From positions 1-64,000 of IMG/VR virus record IMGVR_UViG_3300045988_130114: DNA of 64,000 nt. One strand, 5' to 3'. Source of the DNA: a virus. The notes under the pieces were generated by a model, which saw only the letters and a list, made by a program, of their open reading frames with translations, did not search any database and was not told the DNA's origin. The number at the start of each line of letters is the position of its first letter. Positions within the stretch are counted from its first letter, which is position 1. Positions 8,511 through 17,343 of the stretch are shown one piece after another. The translations under genes were made by a program, and so were the position numbers.

Positions 8511-8915
8511 ATGGACAATATTTTGAACTCAACCGTTGAAATGAGTCAAGCCGAGCTGATTCTTCAGTTGGCCAAGACAAATGTAGAACAGGAGAAAAGG
8601 CTTAAATTGACAGAACAAAGATTAGCTGCACTTGAAGATAGCGTAAAGAAATTATCTTCAAAGTGTATCGGTAACTATGGATGTTCAACGATGTCATCGT
8701 ATATCCAGAGGTACAAATTGCCGATCTATGTGAGTGACATTTCGAAGCTTAGTAATGATGCTGCACGCTTATGTAGGAAAAGGGGGTATCCTGTCAACAA
8801 GGTAAATATTGAGCGTTTCGGTACAATCAATGTTTATCCGGACTTCATTCTCCACGAACTACTGGATGACTATATAAGAACTACACAGCGTCTAAATGGA
8901 AGTATAATGGGATAA
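8511..8915 (+). CDS. hypothetical protein sharing the C-terminal module of the Rha protein
   Basis: ELILQLAKTNVEQEKRL and CRKRGYPVNKVNIERFGTINVYPDFIL parallel ELILQLAQFNVENERKM and CKKRGVEPTKIHDVRWGTVKVYPDEIL of 3439-4092. Confidence 0.55.
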   Translation: MDNILNSTVEMSQAELILQLAKTNVEQEKRLKLTEQRLAALEDSVKKLSSKCIGNYGCSTMSSYIQRYKLPIYVSDISKLSNDAARLCRKRGYPVNKVNIERFGTINVYPDFILHELLDDYIRTTQRLNGSIMG

Positions 8916-8934
8916 TAATATAAACTATAGAGCA

Positions 8935-9135
8935 ATGATTAAGGTAGATATAAAACAGTACATGGCTATGTTAAGCTCATTCACCGAATGTGCGCAATAT
9001 AGATCCGAATGTTACCGGTTAGAAGCTGAAAACGAAAAGTTGAGATCCAAGCTGTTAGATAGCTTAAAGGTTTCTCGTTCTCCCCGTAATCAGGTCGACT
9101 ACTTTGATTATGGTAGCCGAATGGGAGCTAACTAA
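8935..9135 (+). CDS. hypothetical protein
   Basis: ORF track. Confidence 0.4.
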   Translation: MIKVDIKQYMAMLSSFTECAQYRSECYRLEAENEKLRSKLLDSLKVSRSPRNQVDYFDYGSRMGAN

Positions 9136-9191
9136 GTATGAAAGTTGTGTCAGGGATTCGTCCTAGCACTTTAAGTTGATGCCAATCGACG

Positions 9192-9225
9192 CAGTGACAA
9201 TCTGAAAAATGGTTGTCACTGTTTT
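9192..9225 (+). terminator. intrinsic terminator
   Basis: 9-bp stem CAGTGACAA/TTGTCACTG (9192-9200 / 9213-9221) followed by TTTT. Confidence 0.5.
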
Positions 9226-9341
9226 ACCGGTTTTAAGTAGTTCTAAGTGAATCATGCAATTTAAAATAACAATATCATCCTTGATTATTCAAGGTAATAT
9301 AGAGTTGAAAATAGTATATAAAACAATTTAATGAAGTAGTA

Positions 9342-9569
9342 ATGAATGGAATATTAATAAATGGAGTTTTCCATGAAGCCATACAGTCAGATACTGCAAG
9401 TTTTAAATGCGATAAATGTTCGTTGAAAGATTTTTGCGAAGAAATTGGTACGTCTACCTTATCTTATTTTCCTCTTTGCGAACATTTGACAAATGATAAA
9501 TTAATGGTATTTGTCAATCGTGGAAATGTTAATATAAAAACAGAAGATGTTACGCAAAGCAAAGTTTAG
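9342..9569 (+). CDS. hypothetical Cys-containing protein
   Basis: ORF track; CDKCSLKDFC motif. Confidence 0.4.
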   Translation: MNGILINGVFHEAIQSDTASFKCDKCSLKDFCEEIGTSTLSYFPLCEHLTNDKLMVFVNRGNVNIKTEDVTQSKV

Positions 9570-9777
9570 AATTGATTTCAAGGCATGGCAGTATGGTGGA
9601 AAAATGATAAAGATGTCTGAGGACTTAACTTTACCATACCGCACTGAAGAAACCAATATGCATAGCTCATCAACTGTATATCGTGCTGCAATGAATGAAA
9701 TACAGGGAATACTTGAAACTGCGATAGAAATAAAACATATCTATTTGCTTACAGAATATGAAGAGATTAATCAATAA
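9547..9777 (+). CDS. hypothetical protein
   Basis: ORF track; start uncertain (alternative ATG near 9601). Confidence 0.35.
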   Translation: MLRKAKFRIDFKAWQYGGKMIKMSEDLTLPYRTEETNMHSSSTVYRAAMNEIQGILETAIEIKHIYLLTEYEEINQ

Positions 9778-9945
9778 TAACGAAGTTATGATGGAAAAAC
9801 TATTAGTATGGAGAATATACTCAACAGCAGATGTATTTGGAGTTAAATTTTTTTTTCTGAAGATGGCAGGAAAAGATTTTCTTCTGCCATGTTGTTCAGG
9901 GGATTGATGGGAAATTATTTGGAATAGCTAATAACTAGAATAGAG

Positions 9946-10422
9946 ATGAGTAAGATTATATTTCTCGACTTTGACGGTGTGATAACCACGGTGAAAAGTA
10001 ACTGGAATCTTGATAAGGAAAAGATGGAACTGGTTAAGCAAATATGTGATGCGACTGGAGCGAAGATAGTAATATCTTCTTCTTGGAGAAGATATACTTT
10101 GGAGCAGACATTAGAACTTATCACAACTAAACAGATTGAGAATGGATTCCAATCTTTTTTATATCCTGAAGATGTTATGGGTATTACTGCAAGAATGTAT
10201 GCTTTTAAGTCCGGTAATAGAGAAACTCATTATGGATTATACCGAGGAGTTGAGATAGAACAATGGTTGTCAGAGCATAAGGATGTAACCAATTATGTAA
10301 TCCTTGATGATGATTCAGATATGTTGCTTTCTCAAAAGAAGCATTTCATAAAAACTCATGCTTTACGTGGAATATCCAAGCGTGATGTAAAAAGGGCTAT
10401 TAATATATTAACTAAAACATGA
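9946..10422 (+). CDS. HAD-superfamily phosphatase-like protein
   Basis: Motif I FLDFDGVI and motif IV VILDDDSD. Confidence 0.6.
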   Translation: MSKIIFLDFDGVITTVKSNWNLDKEKMELVKQICDATGAKIVISSSWRRYTLEQTLELITTKQIENGFQSFLYPEDVMGITARMYAFKSGNRETHYGLYRGVEIEQWLSEHKDVTNYVILDDDSDMLLSQKKHFIKTHALRGISKRDVKRAINILTKT

Positions 10423-10428
10423 ATAGGT

Positions 10429-10713
10429 ATGAAAGAACCTTTTACTGTAGAACAAGTCAAGAAGATGTATTTTTCGCAATTTGATGAAATTTCTTGGTAT
10501 ATAGAGCATGATAAATTTAAAGTTAATTCTATTCGTCGATGCCTTAAGGAAAATGAGAAATGTTATTTGGGCAATTTATTAGAGACAGCTAAACGTTATT
10601 TTTCTGGCAGTTTGCGAGATTTCCAAAAATGTGGGATTAATACTGTTGAGATAAAAAAAGAATGGGAGAAAGTGATTGATGAAATCCAAAAAGAAATTGT
10701 CAACAATTTGTAA
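10429..10713 (+). CDS. hypothetical protein
   Basis: ORF track. Confidence 0.45.
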   Translation: MKEPFTVEQVKKMYFSQFDEISWYIEHDKFKVNSIRRCLKENEKCYLGNLLETAKRYFSGSLRDFQKCGINTVEIKKEWEKVIDEIQKEIVNNL

Positions 10714-10723
10714 TTATTTAGAA

Positions 10724-10864
10724 ATGAGTAAATTAAAACGCCTACAATACGGTTACTTTCTGATAAAAGGGATAAACCTAAAGGAAGTAATGATAGAGAA
10801 TAGATTTTATAGAAGATATATCGACCATTTAGGAAGACTATCTAAAAATCACTTACCTTTTTAA
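10724..10864 (+). CDS. hypothetical small protein
   Basis: Internal ATG of ORF 10676-10864, lying just after the upstream stop. Confidence 0.25.
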   Translation: MSKLKRLQYGYFLIKGINLKEVMIENRFYRRYIDHLGRLSKNHLPF

Positions 10865-10886
10865 TTAATTAGTAACCAGAATAGAT

Positions 10887-11210
10887 ATGAAGAAAATTGA
10901 ATTTTACCCAGGAATCAATCTTGATAAAGCATATCAAGAATTGCAGGACAATGCACCATGTTATGGTGAATTTAACGAGAAAACGTTGTATTCTACTGAT
11001 TCTCTCGATGACGTGTATGTCAAAGTGACTGGCAAGTCAAAAGTAGAGCATGATGAATATATTCGCAAAATACGCGAAGAGTATGAACGTAAAGAGGCGG
11101 AATTTAAGGCTAAGATTCCGAAATTAACCGAAGATTATAAAAACGTGCAAGAGGTATTATTCCGGAAGAGTATTTGGAGTTATGGAATGAAATACTTCCT
11201 ATCAGACTGA
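10887..11210 (+). CDS. hypothetical protein, N-terminal part of an apparently split gene
   Basis: ORF track; the tail after the A5 run at 11139-11143 looks like out-of-frame sequence. Confidence 0.45.
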   Translation: MKKIEFYPGINLDKAYQELQDNAPCYGEFNEKTLYSTDSLDDVYVKVTGKSKVEHDEYIRKIREEYERKEAEFKAKIPKLTEDYKNVQEVLFRKSIWSYGMKYFLSD

Positions 11211-11434
11211 ATGATCTCTATCATGGCATGGAACTTGACTGCTGGTTAGAATTAGTCGCAGTATTGAATGATACCTCTAAGAAAGAACTGGAAAGATTTG
11301 AAATATGCCGGTCTTTATTCACCAGGCAAGGTCATAGCGGAATGAGTGCAGGTCTTGTTTTTAATGGCCTGAAGTGTTTTCATCCATTAGGGGAAGCGTT
11401 AGTATCATATATTAAAGATCCTATAAAAGTATAA
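11174..11434 (+). CDS. hypothetical protein, C-terminal part of an apparently split gene
   Basis: This frame is open from 11141; it reads KRARGIIPEEYLELWNEILP and continues naturally from ...TEDYK. Confidence 0.45.
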   Translation: MELWNEILPIRLNDLYHGMELDCWLELVAVLNDTSKKELERFEICRSLFTRQGHSGMSAGLVFNGLKCFHPLGEALVSYIKDPIKV

Positions 11435-11441
11435 TGCCAGT

Positions 11442-11783
11442 ATGGAAGAAAGCAAAAGAATTGGCGAAATCACTCTCGGATATGGAAGTGAATCCGCAAG
11501 AAAGGTAGAAATCAAAGATATGGTCCGGTGTGAATTTGCAGATCACAGACTTGTTACCATTGCACATACAGATGAAGATGCTTACTTATTATCGGTAGAA
11601 GATCCTCAAAGTACCGGCCGTGCTTCCCAAACTAATATGTATTTGACAGAAGGTAGTGCTGTTGCCCTTCTTTATACTCATATCCTATATCTGGAACATA
11701 ACGGAATAGATGTAAATGAGTTATTCAAGAAATACATACTTGATGACCAAGAAATCAAATACGAATTTTCACCTAAAGATTAA
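11442..11783 (+). CDS. hypothetical protein
   Basis: ORF track. Confidence 0.5.
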   Translation: MEESKRIGEITLGYGSESARKVEIKDMVRCEFADHRLVTIAHTDEDAYLLSVEDPQSTGRASQTNMYLTEGSAVALLYTHILYLEHNGIDVNELFKKYILDDQEIKYEFSPKD

Positions 11784-11795
11784 TATTATATCATT

Positions 11796-12239
11796 ATGGA
11801 AATAAACTGTAAATACTGCCCTAAAAATGATGGTACAGGTGCGTGCAATATAGACAATTGTCCTCTGCCTCCTATTATACAGGAAATAGAAGAAATGCAG
11901 TCGTTTCTTGAAACAACAGCTAGTGACAATCCTAAAGAACTTATAGATCGATTGACTGATATAAATGTATACCTTGCAAGAAGTGGAAAACTTCTAGCTG
12001 ATGCAAAAGCGTACCAAGATCAAGTGACTGCAAATGTATATTCACAGCACATGGAATTCATATCACGGGTTCCGGCTACTGTTGCAATTAAGTTTGTTTC
12101 AGCTCAAAGTGTGACTGCTAATCAGTTAGTTGTATGGCTAGATCGCATAAATCGAACTCTTGTTCACGCTGGAGATAACATACGTACTCAGATATCTTTT
12201 GCAAAGCAGGATTTGGCATTACAAAGGAAAGGATATTAG
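11796..12239 (+). CDS. hypothetical protein (N-terminal Cys cluster)
   Basis: ORF track; CKYCPKNDGTGACNIDNC. Confidence 0.5.
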   Translation: MEINCKYCPKNDGTGACNIDNCPLPPIIQEIEEMQSFLETTASDNPKELIDRLTDINVYLARSGKLLADAKAYQDQVTANVYSQHMEFISRVPATVAIKFVSAQSVTANQLVVWLDRINRTLVHAGDNIRTQISFAKQDLALQRKGY

Positions 12240-12289
12240 AAAAAATGTTAATCACGGAAAAATAACTGTTCAAAAGTGACATTAGAAAT

Positions 12290-12309
12290 GTTATTTATTT
12301 GTAGCTTTA
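12290..12309 (+). promoter_or_regulatory. phage promoter motif, early/middle variant (..TTTGTAGCTTTA + CACC)
   Basis: Related to the 19-nt GTCAYTTTTnnTAnnTTTG motif; upstream AAAAGTGACA box at 12272-12281. Confidence 0.4.
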
Positions 12310-12467
12310 CACCGTGAAAAGAATAGATGCGATTGGTGGAACTCTCGTATAACAAAGATATAGGTCAGCTCTGTATGAGTAGTTGTTTCCGAGTTCCACA
12401 AATAGAAACAATGAAAATATAGAGCTTCTTTTATAACCAACCATGAATGGGGTAAATGTAGCTATAA

Positions 12468-12809
12468 ATGAGTATGATACAATCTAAAAAGCAGAACATT
12501 GATTATTTCCCTAAATGGAAACCTCAAATGGGAACATTGGGAATGCTTTCTAACATTTCAGAAAAAGTTAGATATAAAGCCTTAAGAAATTCATCAAGTG
12601 CCTTTATAAAGCGAATGGATGTAAGAAGTATGATATTCTCAAGAGATGGATATAAATGTGTCATCTGCGGTTCTTCTGATGACTTACAAATTGACCATAT
12701 ACATTCTGTATATTCCGTGATTAAAGGAAAATTTCCGATTGAAAAATTAAACACAATAGAAAATTTGAGGACATTATGTAGGCATTGTAACGCATCAAAA
12801 ATACCTTAA
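12468..12809 (+). CDS. HNH endonuclease
   Basis: CVICGSSDDLQIDHIHS....NLRTLCRHCNASK. Confidence 0.85.
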   Translation: MSMIQSKKQNIDYFPKWKPQMGTLGMLSNISEKVRYKALRNSSSAFIKRMDVRSMIFSRDGYKCVICGSSDDLQIDHIHSVYSVIKGKFPIEKLNTIENLRTLCRHCNASKIP

Positions 12810-12810
12810 A

Positions 12811-13845
12811 ATGGGAAGGAATAAGAAGATCGGTCTTGATTATTTCCCTTTTGATGTTGACTTTTTTCAGGACATAAAAATAAGAAAACTAATCAAGTAC
12901 CAGCGTGGCAAGGCCGTCACTGTATATGCTCTCCTGCTTTGTCTTATCTATAAGAATGGGTATTACATGTTGTGGGACGAAGAGTTGCCCTTCATATTAT
13001 CGGAACAAACCGGTTTTGAAGAAGCGTATATACAGGAGGTCGTCAGATGTTGCCTGGCACTAGGGTTGTTTTCTAAAGAACTCTTTGATAAGGAAAAAGT
13101 TCTCACTTCAATCGGAATACAAGAACGCTATAAACGAATATGTGATGATTGCAGAAGAAAGTGTGAATTTTCAGAGTTTAACCTTATTTCTTCCGAAGAA
13201 AAGCGTATTTCTTCCGAAGAAAAGCCGATAACTTCCGAAGAAAGTACACAAAGTAAAGTAAAGGAAAGTAAAGAGAATATTATTATTCCCCCCACACCCC
13301 CCAAGGGGGTTGAGGATTTAGAAAAAGTTATTTCTGAAAAAGATCATGCTTTGAATGAGGCTTTAGCTAAGATCAAGGAACTTGAAAAACAAAGTTCTCA
13401 AAACAAACCTGCAAAGCCCAAGCGGTCCAATGGACTAAATGCTAACGCTCGCAAAGCCTTTGAGGAGCATTTCAGAAACACTTTTGGCGAAGAATATTAC
13501 TGGACTGCCAAAGATGCCGGCAATATGTCCCAGTTACTTCGTAAGCTAACATTTTCACGGGAACAAAGACAGATGCCCGTTGATGATGCCTCTGTGTTGT
13601 ACGCTCTCCAAGTATTCCTCACGTCCGTCAAGGATAGTTGGTTGCTGGATAACTTTAGCGTAGCTAATATTAACTCGAAGTATAACGAAATCGTTTCTAA
13701 AGCAAAAAATGGAAATTCTGGAACAGGAGCTATCGGATCGTCTACAACAGGTTCAACAGAAAAATTCGTTTGCAGCAAAGCTGAAAAAGGAGCAGATCGG
13801 GAATCTGATAGAGCGCCACAGAAAGACTATTCTTCAAGATTTTGA
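12811..13845 (+). CDS. replisome organizer / DnaD-like initiator (DUF4373-type N-terminus)
   Basis: GLDYFPFDVDFFQDIKIRKLIKYQRGKAVTVYALLLCLIYKNGYY matches the Lin1244/DUF4373 N-terminal pattern; followed by the helicase-loader gene. Confidence 0.7.
   Translation: MGRNKKIGLDYFPFDVDFFQDIKIRKLIKYQRGKAVTVYALLLCLIYKNGYYMLWDEELPFILSEQTGFEEAYIQEVVRCCLALGLFSKELFDKEKVLTSIGIQERYKRICDDCRRKCEFSEFNLISSEEKRISSEEKPITSEESTQSKVKESKENIIIPPTPPKGVEDLEKVISEKDHALNEALAKIKELEKQSSQNKPAKPKRSNGLNANARKAFEEHFRNTFGEEYYWTAKDAGNMSQLLRKLTFSREQRQMPVDDASVLYALQVFLTSVKDSWLLDNFSVANINSKYNEIVSKAKNGNSGTGAIGSSTTGSTEKFVCSKAEKGADRESDRAPQKDYSSRF
13186..13245. repeat. 2.9 x 21-bp tandem repeat (ATTTCTTCCGAAGAAAAGCGT) inside the initiator gene
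   Basis: Direct reading: units at 13186-13206, 13207-13227 and 13228-13245; they encode ISSEEKR/ISSEEKP/ITSEES. Confidence 0.85.
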
Positions 13846-14497
13846 ATATGATTTGACGAATCCCAATGAGTTTTATGCCCATCGTGATTTTATCAAGTAT
13901 ATCGGGAATAACTATATGGGGCGTGAGTTCAGAGAGTTTGAAGTAGACGAAAACAACTCGAAAGTGTTGTCTTTCCTGCTTTACTACTTCAATGGATGCC
14001 GATATGCAGAACAGGTTTTCCCAGATGAAGATTATAAAATCCATAAAAACCTGCTACTTGTCGGAGAACCCGGTACTGGTAAAACGATGCTGATGCAGAT
14101 TTTTTCTGATTATTTACGATTGACTCATAATCCGAATACTTTTGAAAATCTATCGGTTACTCAAATGATGAACTATTACAAGATGAATGGTCATATTGAC
14201 CGACATACGTTCAATGAAGGACAATCGAAAGGATTTAAACCGGAACCGTTTAATATCTGTTTAAACGATATTGGGCTGGAAACAGAGAATCAGAAAAGTT
14301 ATGGCACTAGTCTTAACAGTGTGATAGATGAATTTTTATATGCAAGATATGAGATTTATCAGCAATTTGGTAAAATGTACCACATAACGAGTAATCTTGA
14401 TGCAGAAGAATTTAAAAAACGTTTTGCTGATCGACTTGTTGACCGGTTTAAGAGTTTTAATCTCATTCCCCTTACAGGGAATAGTAGAAGGAAGTAA
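13709..14497 (+). CDS. DnaC/IstB-like AAA+ helicase loader
   Basis: Walker A LLLVGEPGTGKTML; follows the initiator gene; overlaps its 3' end by 137 nt. Confidence 0.7.
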   Translation: MEILEQELSDRLQQVQQKNSFAAKLKKEQIGNLIERHRKTILQDFEYDLTNPNEFYAHRDFIKYIGNNYMGREFREFEVDENNSKVLSFLLYYFNGCRYAEQVFPDEDYKIHKNLLLVGEPGTGKTMLMQIFSDYLRLTHNPNTFENLSVTQMMNYYKMNGHIDRHTFNEGQSKGFKPEPFNICLNDIGLETENQKSYGTSLNSVIDEFLYARYEIYQQFGKMYHITSNLDAEEFKKRFADRLVDRFKSFNLIPLTGNSRRK

Positions 14498-14611
14498 TTG
14501 ATTATTAACAGGTTAATTAATTATAATGCCTTGCAAATAAGGAAAGTAACGTTTGTTTACAAGCTGCAAAATAAGTAACTTTATACCTGTAAATCAAAAA
14601 TTATATAAGTT

Positions 14612-14962
14612 ATGAAATCAAGCAACATTAAACGTTTAAAAAACTGTTCTTATTTTAAGGGATTTATTTATAAAGTTTATAGCCCCAATAAACCAAAAAG
14701 TTTTGATGACGAACTGTCGGCTATGGATTTTGCTAGTAAATTAAATGCTCCTTGTCGAGTAATTATTGCAGTCCAATTAACTTTTGATTCTATAAGTCAA
14801 AAAGAAGCATTCCTTATCGCTAATCAAGATTTAAGAAGTGATATTGTAAAGTCATCTAATTCTAGTCTTGAAGTCGATTGTTCCAACGCTTTATTTCTTT
14901 ATGGGAAAATAGTAAATGCAATGTCTGGATTTAAGACTAAGTCAATGTTTGTAAATAAATAA
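14612..14962 (+). CDS. hypothetical protein
   Basis: ORF track; TAACTTTA -7-like box at 14574-14581. Confidence 0.45.
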   Translation: MKSSNIKRLKNCSYFKGFIYKVYSPNKPKSFDDELSAMDFASKLNAPCRVIIAVQLTFDSISQKEAFLIANQDLRSDIVKSSNSSLEVDCSNALFLYGKIVNAMSGFKTKSMFVNK

Positions 14963-14975
14963 AAACATAAGAGCA

Positions 14976-15119
14976 ATGAAAACAATTAGAAAATTAACAA
15001 AAAAAGAAGTGGTACTCAACAGGCTTACTCAATCTATTCTTATGCCTGTTATCTACCTACTAAATCACAAAACCAATAACCGAACAGATGATGATCCAAG
15101 GTTATCCAGTAATTTGTAA
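14976..15119 (+). CDS. hypothetical 47-aa protein (possibly the N-terminal part of a split gene)
   Basis: Hand translation MKTIRKLTKKEVVLNRL...; the AGAGCAATG start context is shared with several other genes here. Confidence 0.3.
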   Translation: MKTIRKLTKKEVVLNRLTQSILMPVIYLLNHKTNNRTDDDPRLSSNL

Positions 15120-15270
15120 CGGTATTCATTATCAGGGAAGATACCTGAAACCAATATGTAAACGCTGCGAGTTATATACAAAAGCAAAGCAGCCATTTCA
15201 TAAGTCATGGCGCATAAGTGGAATTGAAAAATGTATAATCAACTATGTTAGTAGGAACAACAAATCTTAA
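15088..15270 (+). CDS. hypothetical Cys-containing protein
   Basis: ORF track; the frame is open from 15064. Confidence 0.3.
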   Translation: MMIQGYPVICNGIHYQGRYLKPICKRCELYTKAKQPFHKSWRISGIEKCIINYVSRNNKS

Positions 15271-15631
15271 TACGACTCTCAACCTGACGTATGTGTTGAC
15301 AGATGTCGTAGAAACTCTTCTCCTTGACATGAGAAGTGAAATGAAAAAACAGGGCTATGATTTGCGTTACGATGCCAAGCACAATTTCAACACGGCGATA
15401 GCAGCTATACGCCGGCTGAAGCAAGATGTAGACAAGACCCAGCTTTCTACTCAGGAGAACTTCGGAAACGACTCAGACTGTCTCCTTGCCTTCATCAAGC
15501 TGCTGATAGATCGCTGCGGTGACGACGACAAGAAGATGTTCGCGTTCTACAACTACATCAAAAGTTATCCTTCGCAGCTAGAGCTTGAGCTGTCTGACGA
15601 GAAGAGTGTATTTGCGCATATTTTTAATTGA
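15245..15631 (+). CDS. hypothetical protein
   Basis: ORF track. Confidence 0.5.
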   Translation: MLVGTTNLNTTLNLTYVLTDVVETLLLDMRSEMKKQGYDLRYDAKHNFNTAIAAIRRLKQDVDKTQLSTQENFGNDSDCLLAFIKLLIDRCGDDDKKMFAFYNYIKSYPSQLELELSDEKSVFAHIFN

Positions 15632-15644
15632 TAACAAATCAATA

Positions 15645-16130
15645 ATGAACAAAAAAATAATACTTGACGCTTGTTGTGGAAGCCGAATGTTTTGGTTTGA
15701 CAAGAAGAATCCATACGTTCTCTTTCAAGATATTCGTGATGCCGAATATGTTTTATGTGATGGTCGTAAGTTGGAAGTTCATCCTGATGTGGTTGCCGAC
15801 TTTACAGCAATGCCATATTCGGACAGTTCTTTTAAACTTGTAGTCTTTGATCCTCCACACCTTGATAATGCAAATGAGGGTGCATATATGGCTCAAAAAT
15901 ATGGAACGCTTCGACGGTTTAAATGGCAGGAAGATATAAAGAGGGGATTCAGCGAATGTATGCGAGTGCTTGAACCGAACGGAATACTGATTTTTAAATG
16001 GAACGAAACTCGTATTCCTGTAAGACGGATATTGGAGATAATCAATGAGCGGCCGTTATTCGGGCATAAGTCTGGAAAGGCATCTAAAACTCATTGGATG
16101 TGCTTTATGAAATTACCAATTAACGAATAA
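15645..16130 (+). CDS. SAM-dependent DNA methyltransferase (N6A/N4C type)
   Basis: ATG 15645; motif I ILDACCGSRMF and motif IV VVFDPPH. Confidence 0.7.
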   Translation: MNKKIILDACCGSRMFWFDKKNPYVLFQDIRDAEYVLCDGRKLEVHPDVVADFTAMPYSDSSFKLVVFDPPHLDNANEGAYMAQKYGTLRRFKWQEDIKRGFSECMRVLEPNGILIFKWNETRIPVRRILEIINERPLFGHKSGKASKTHWMCFMKLPINE

Positions 16131-16140
16131 CACTATAGAT

Positions 16141-16476
16141 ATGAGTGAAACCGAAATTTTGAAAGATCGAATAGAGAGCTTACAAGCTGCTCTTGTTGCA
16201 AAGGAAGAAACTCACAAAATAGAGATCTGTAAGCTAATAGAAATAGATTTGAATGATACTGTGAGTGTAGAATTAACAGAATGGGGAGCCACATATCTTA
16301 ATGCGACGAATGCATTTAAGAAAATTGCTACTCCGCAGAAATGCCATTATAAGACTGACTATAAAGCGGGTGATTGTTTACAAAACCAACTTTGGCAGTT
16401 AATATTGGAGTTTAAAGATGGGATTAGGTTTGATAAAGAGAAGGCTTTTAATAAGTTGACAAAAGTAATTAATTAA
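16141..16476 (+). CDS. hypothetical protein
   Basis: ORF track. Confidence 0.5.
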   Translation: MSETEILKDRIESLQAALVAKEETHKIEICKLIEIDLNDTVSVELTEWGATYLNATNAFKKIATPQKCHYKTDYKAGDCLQNQLWQLILEFKDGIRFDKEKAFNKLTKVIN

Positions 16477-16489
16477 TAACAATTAAAGT

Positions 16490-16645
16490 ATGAGCGAAAT
16501 AGAATATATAGAACAACCAAAAGCGATAGCTAAACTTGTTCATAAGTCGACCAAATCTATTATTCCAGTTTACAAACCATTAAATTGGTTTCAAAGACTA
16601 ATGATAAGATGGTGTTTTGGGTTTAAATATGAAAGGATTAACTAA
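16490..16645 (+). CDS. hypothetical 51-aa protein
   Basis: Hand translation MSEIEYIEQPKAIAKLVHK...; below the ORF-track cut-off. Confidence 0.3.
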   Translation: MSEIEYIEQPKAIAKLVHKSTKSIIPVYKPLNWFQRLMIRWCFGFKYERIN

Positions 16646-16841
16646 TAACAATAGAGGTATGAATAAAATAAAGAACCGTAGGCTTGCTCTACGAGCCTAT
16701 AAAATCAGAGTCAAACAATACCCTTACAATAAGCCATTGATTGATAGAAACAATCTAGCTTTTGTTCGTAAGGAAAATGACGGAAACCGATGTGATTGTT
16801 TCGGGCATTGGCGTAACTATTGGAATACAAGACCATTTTAA
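16617..16841 (+). CDS. hypothetical basic protein
   Basis: ORF track; start uncertain. Confidence 0.3.
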   Translation: MGLNMKGLTNNNRGMNKIKNRRLALRAYKIRVKQYPYNKPLIDRNNLAFVRKENDGNRCDCFGHWRNYWNTRPF

Positions 16842-16866
16842 TCATAACTAACTAGAAAGAAATCAA

Positions 16867-17343
16867 ATGAAAATATTAGTAAGTTTTTCCGGTGGTAAGG
16901 ATTCGCAAGCCTGCTTGATCCAAGCTGCCAAACAATACGGAACCGATAAGATAGAAGCGGTATTCTGCGATACAGGCTGGGAACATCCCGATACCTATCA
17001 GCATATAACAGACGTTTGCACACAGATGGGCGTTAAATTGACAACGCTAAAATCAAAGTATGACTTCGTTTCTTTAGCAGTCTATAAAAAGCGGTTTCCC
17101 TCTACAAAAGCGAGATTTTGCACAGAAGAATTAAAGATGAAACCTATGATTGATTATGTGCTATCCCTAAAGGATAGTTGCATTATCATTCAAGGGATCA
17201 GGGCGTCTGAAAGTGCATCACGAGCAAAGATGGAGCCTGAATGTATGTACTTTAAAGAGTATTTCAAGAGAGTTCAGTATGTAGATAAAAAAGGGAGAGT
17301 TAAAGAGAAATGGGCGCAAGCTACCGTAGAAAAGAGGTCTTAG
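16867..17343 (+). CDS. PAPS-reductase/DndC-like PP-loop protein, N-terminal part (gene split)
   Basis: PP-loop SFSGGKDSQ, RFCTEELK, GIRASESASR. Confidence 0.7.
   Translation: MKILVSFSGGKDSQACLIQAAKQYGTDKIEAVFCDTGWEHPDTYQHITDVCTQMGVKLTTLKSKYDFVSLAVYKKRFPSTKARFCTEELKMKPMIDYVLSLKDSCIIIQGIRASESASRAKMEPECMYFKEYFKRVQYVDKKGRVKEKWAQATVEKRS

Noticed and set aside
11139-11190. The idea that the 6-nt-loop Gly(UCC)-like tRNA drives doublet decoding at the split genes.
   Set aside because: The permissible shift window of the PAPS-reductase gene (17304-17340) contains no GGN codon in the upstream frame. In the 10887/11174 pair the sequence reads best if the shift is at the A5 run, not at the single GGA (11184).
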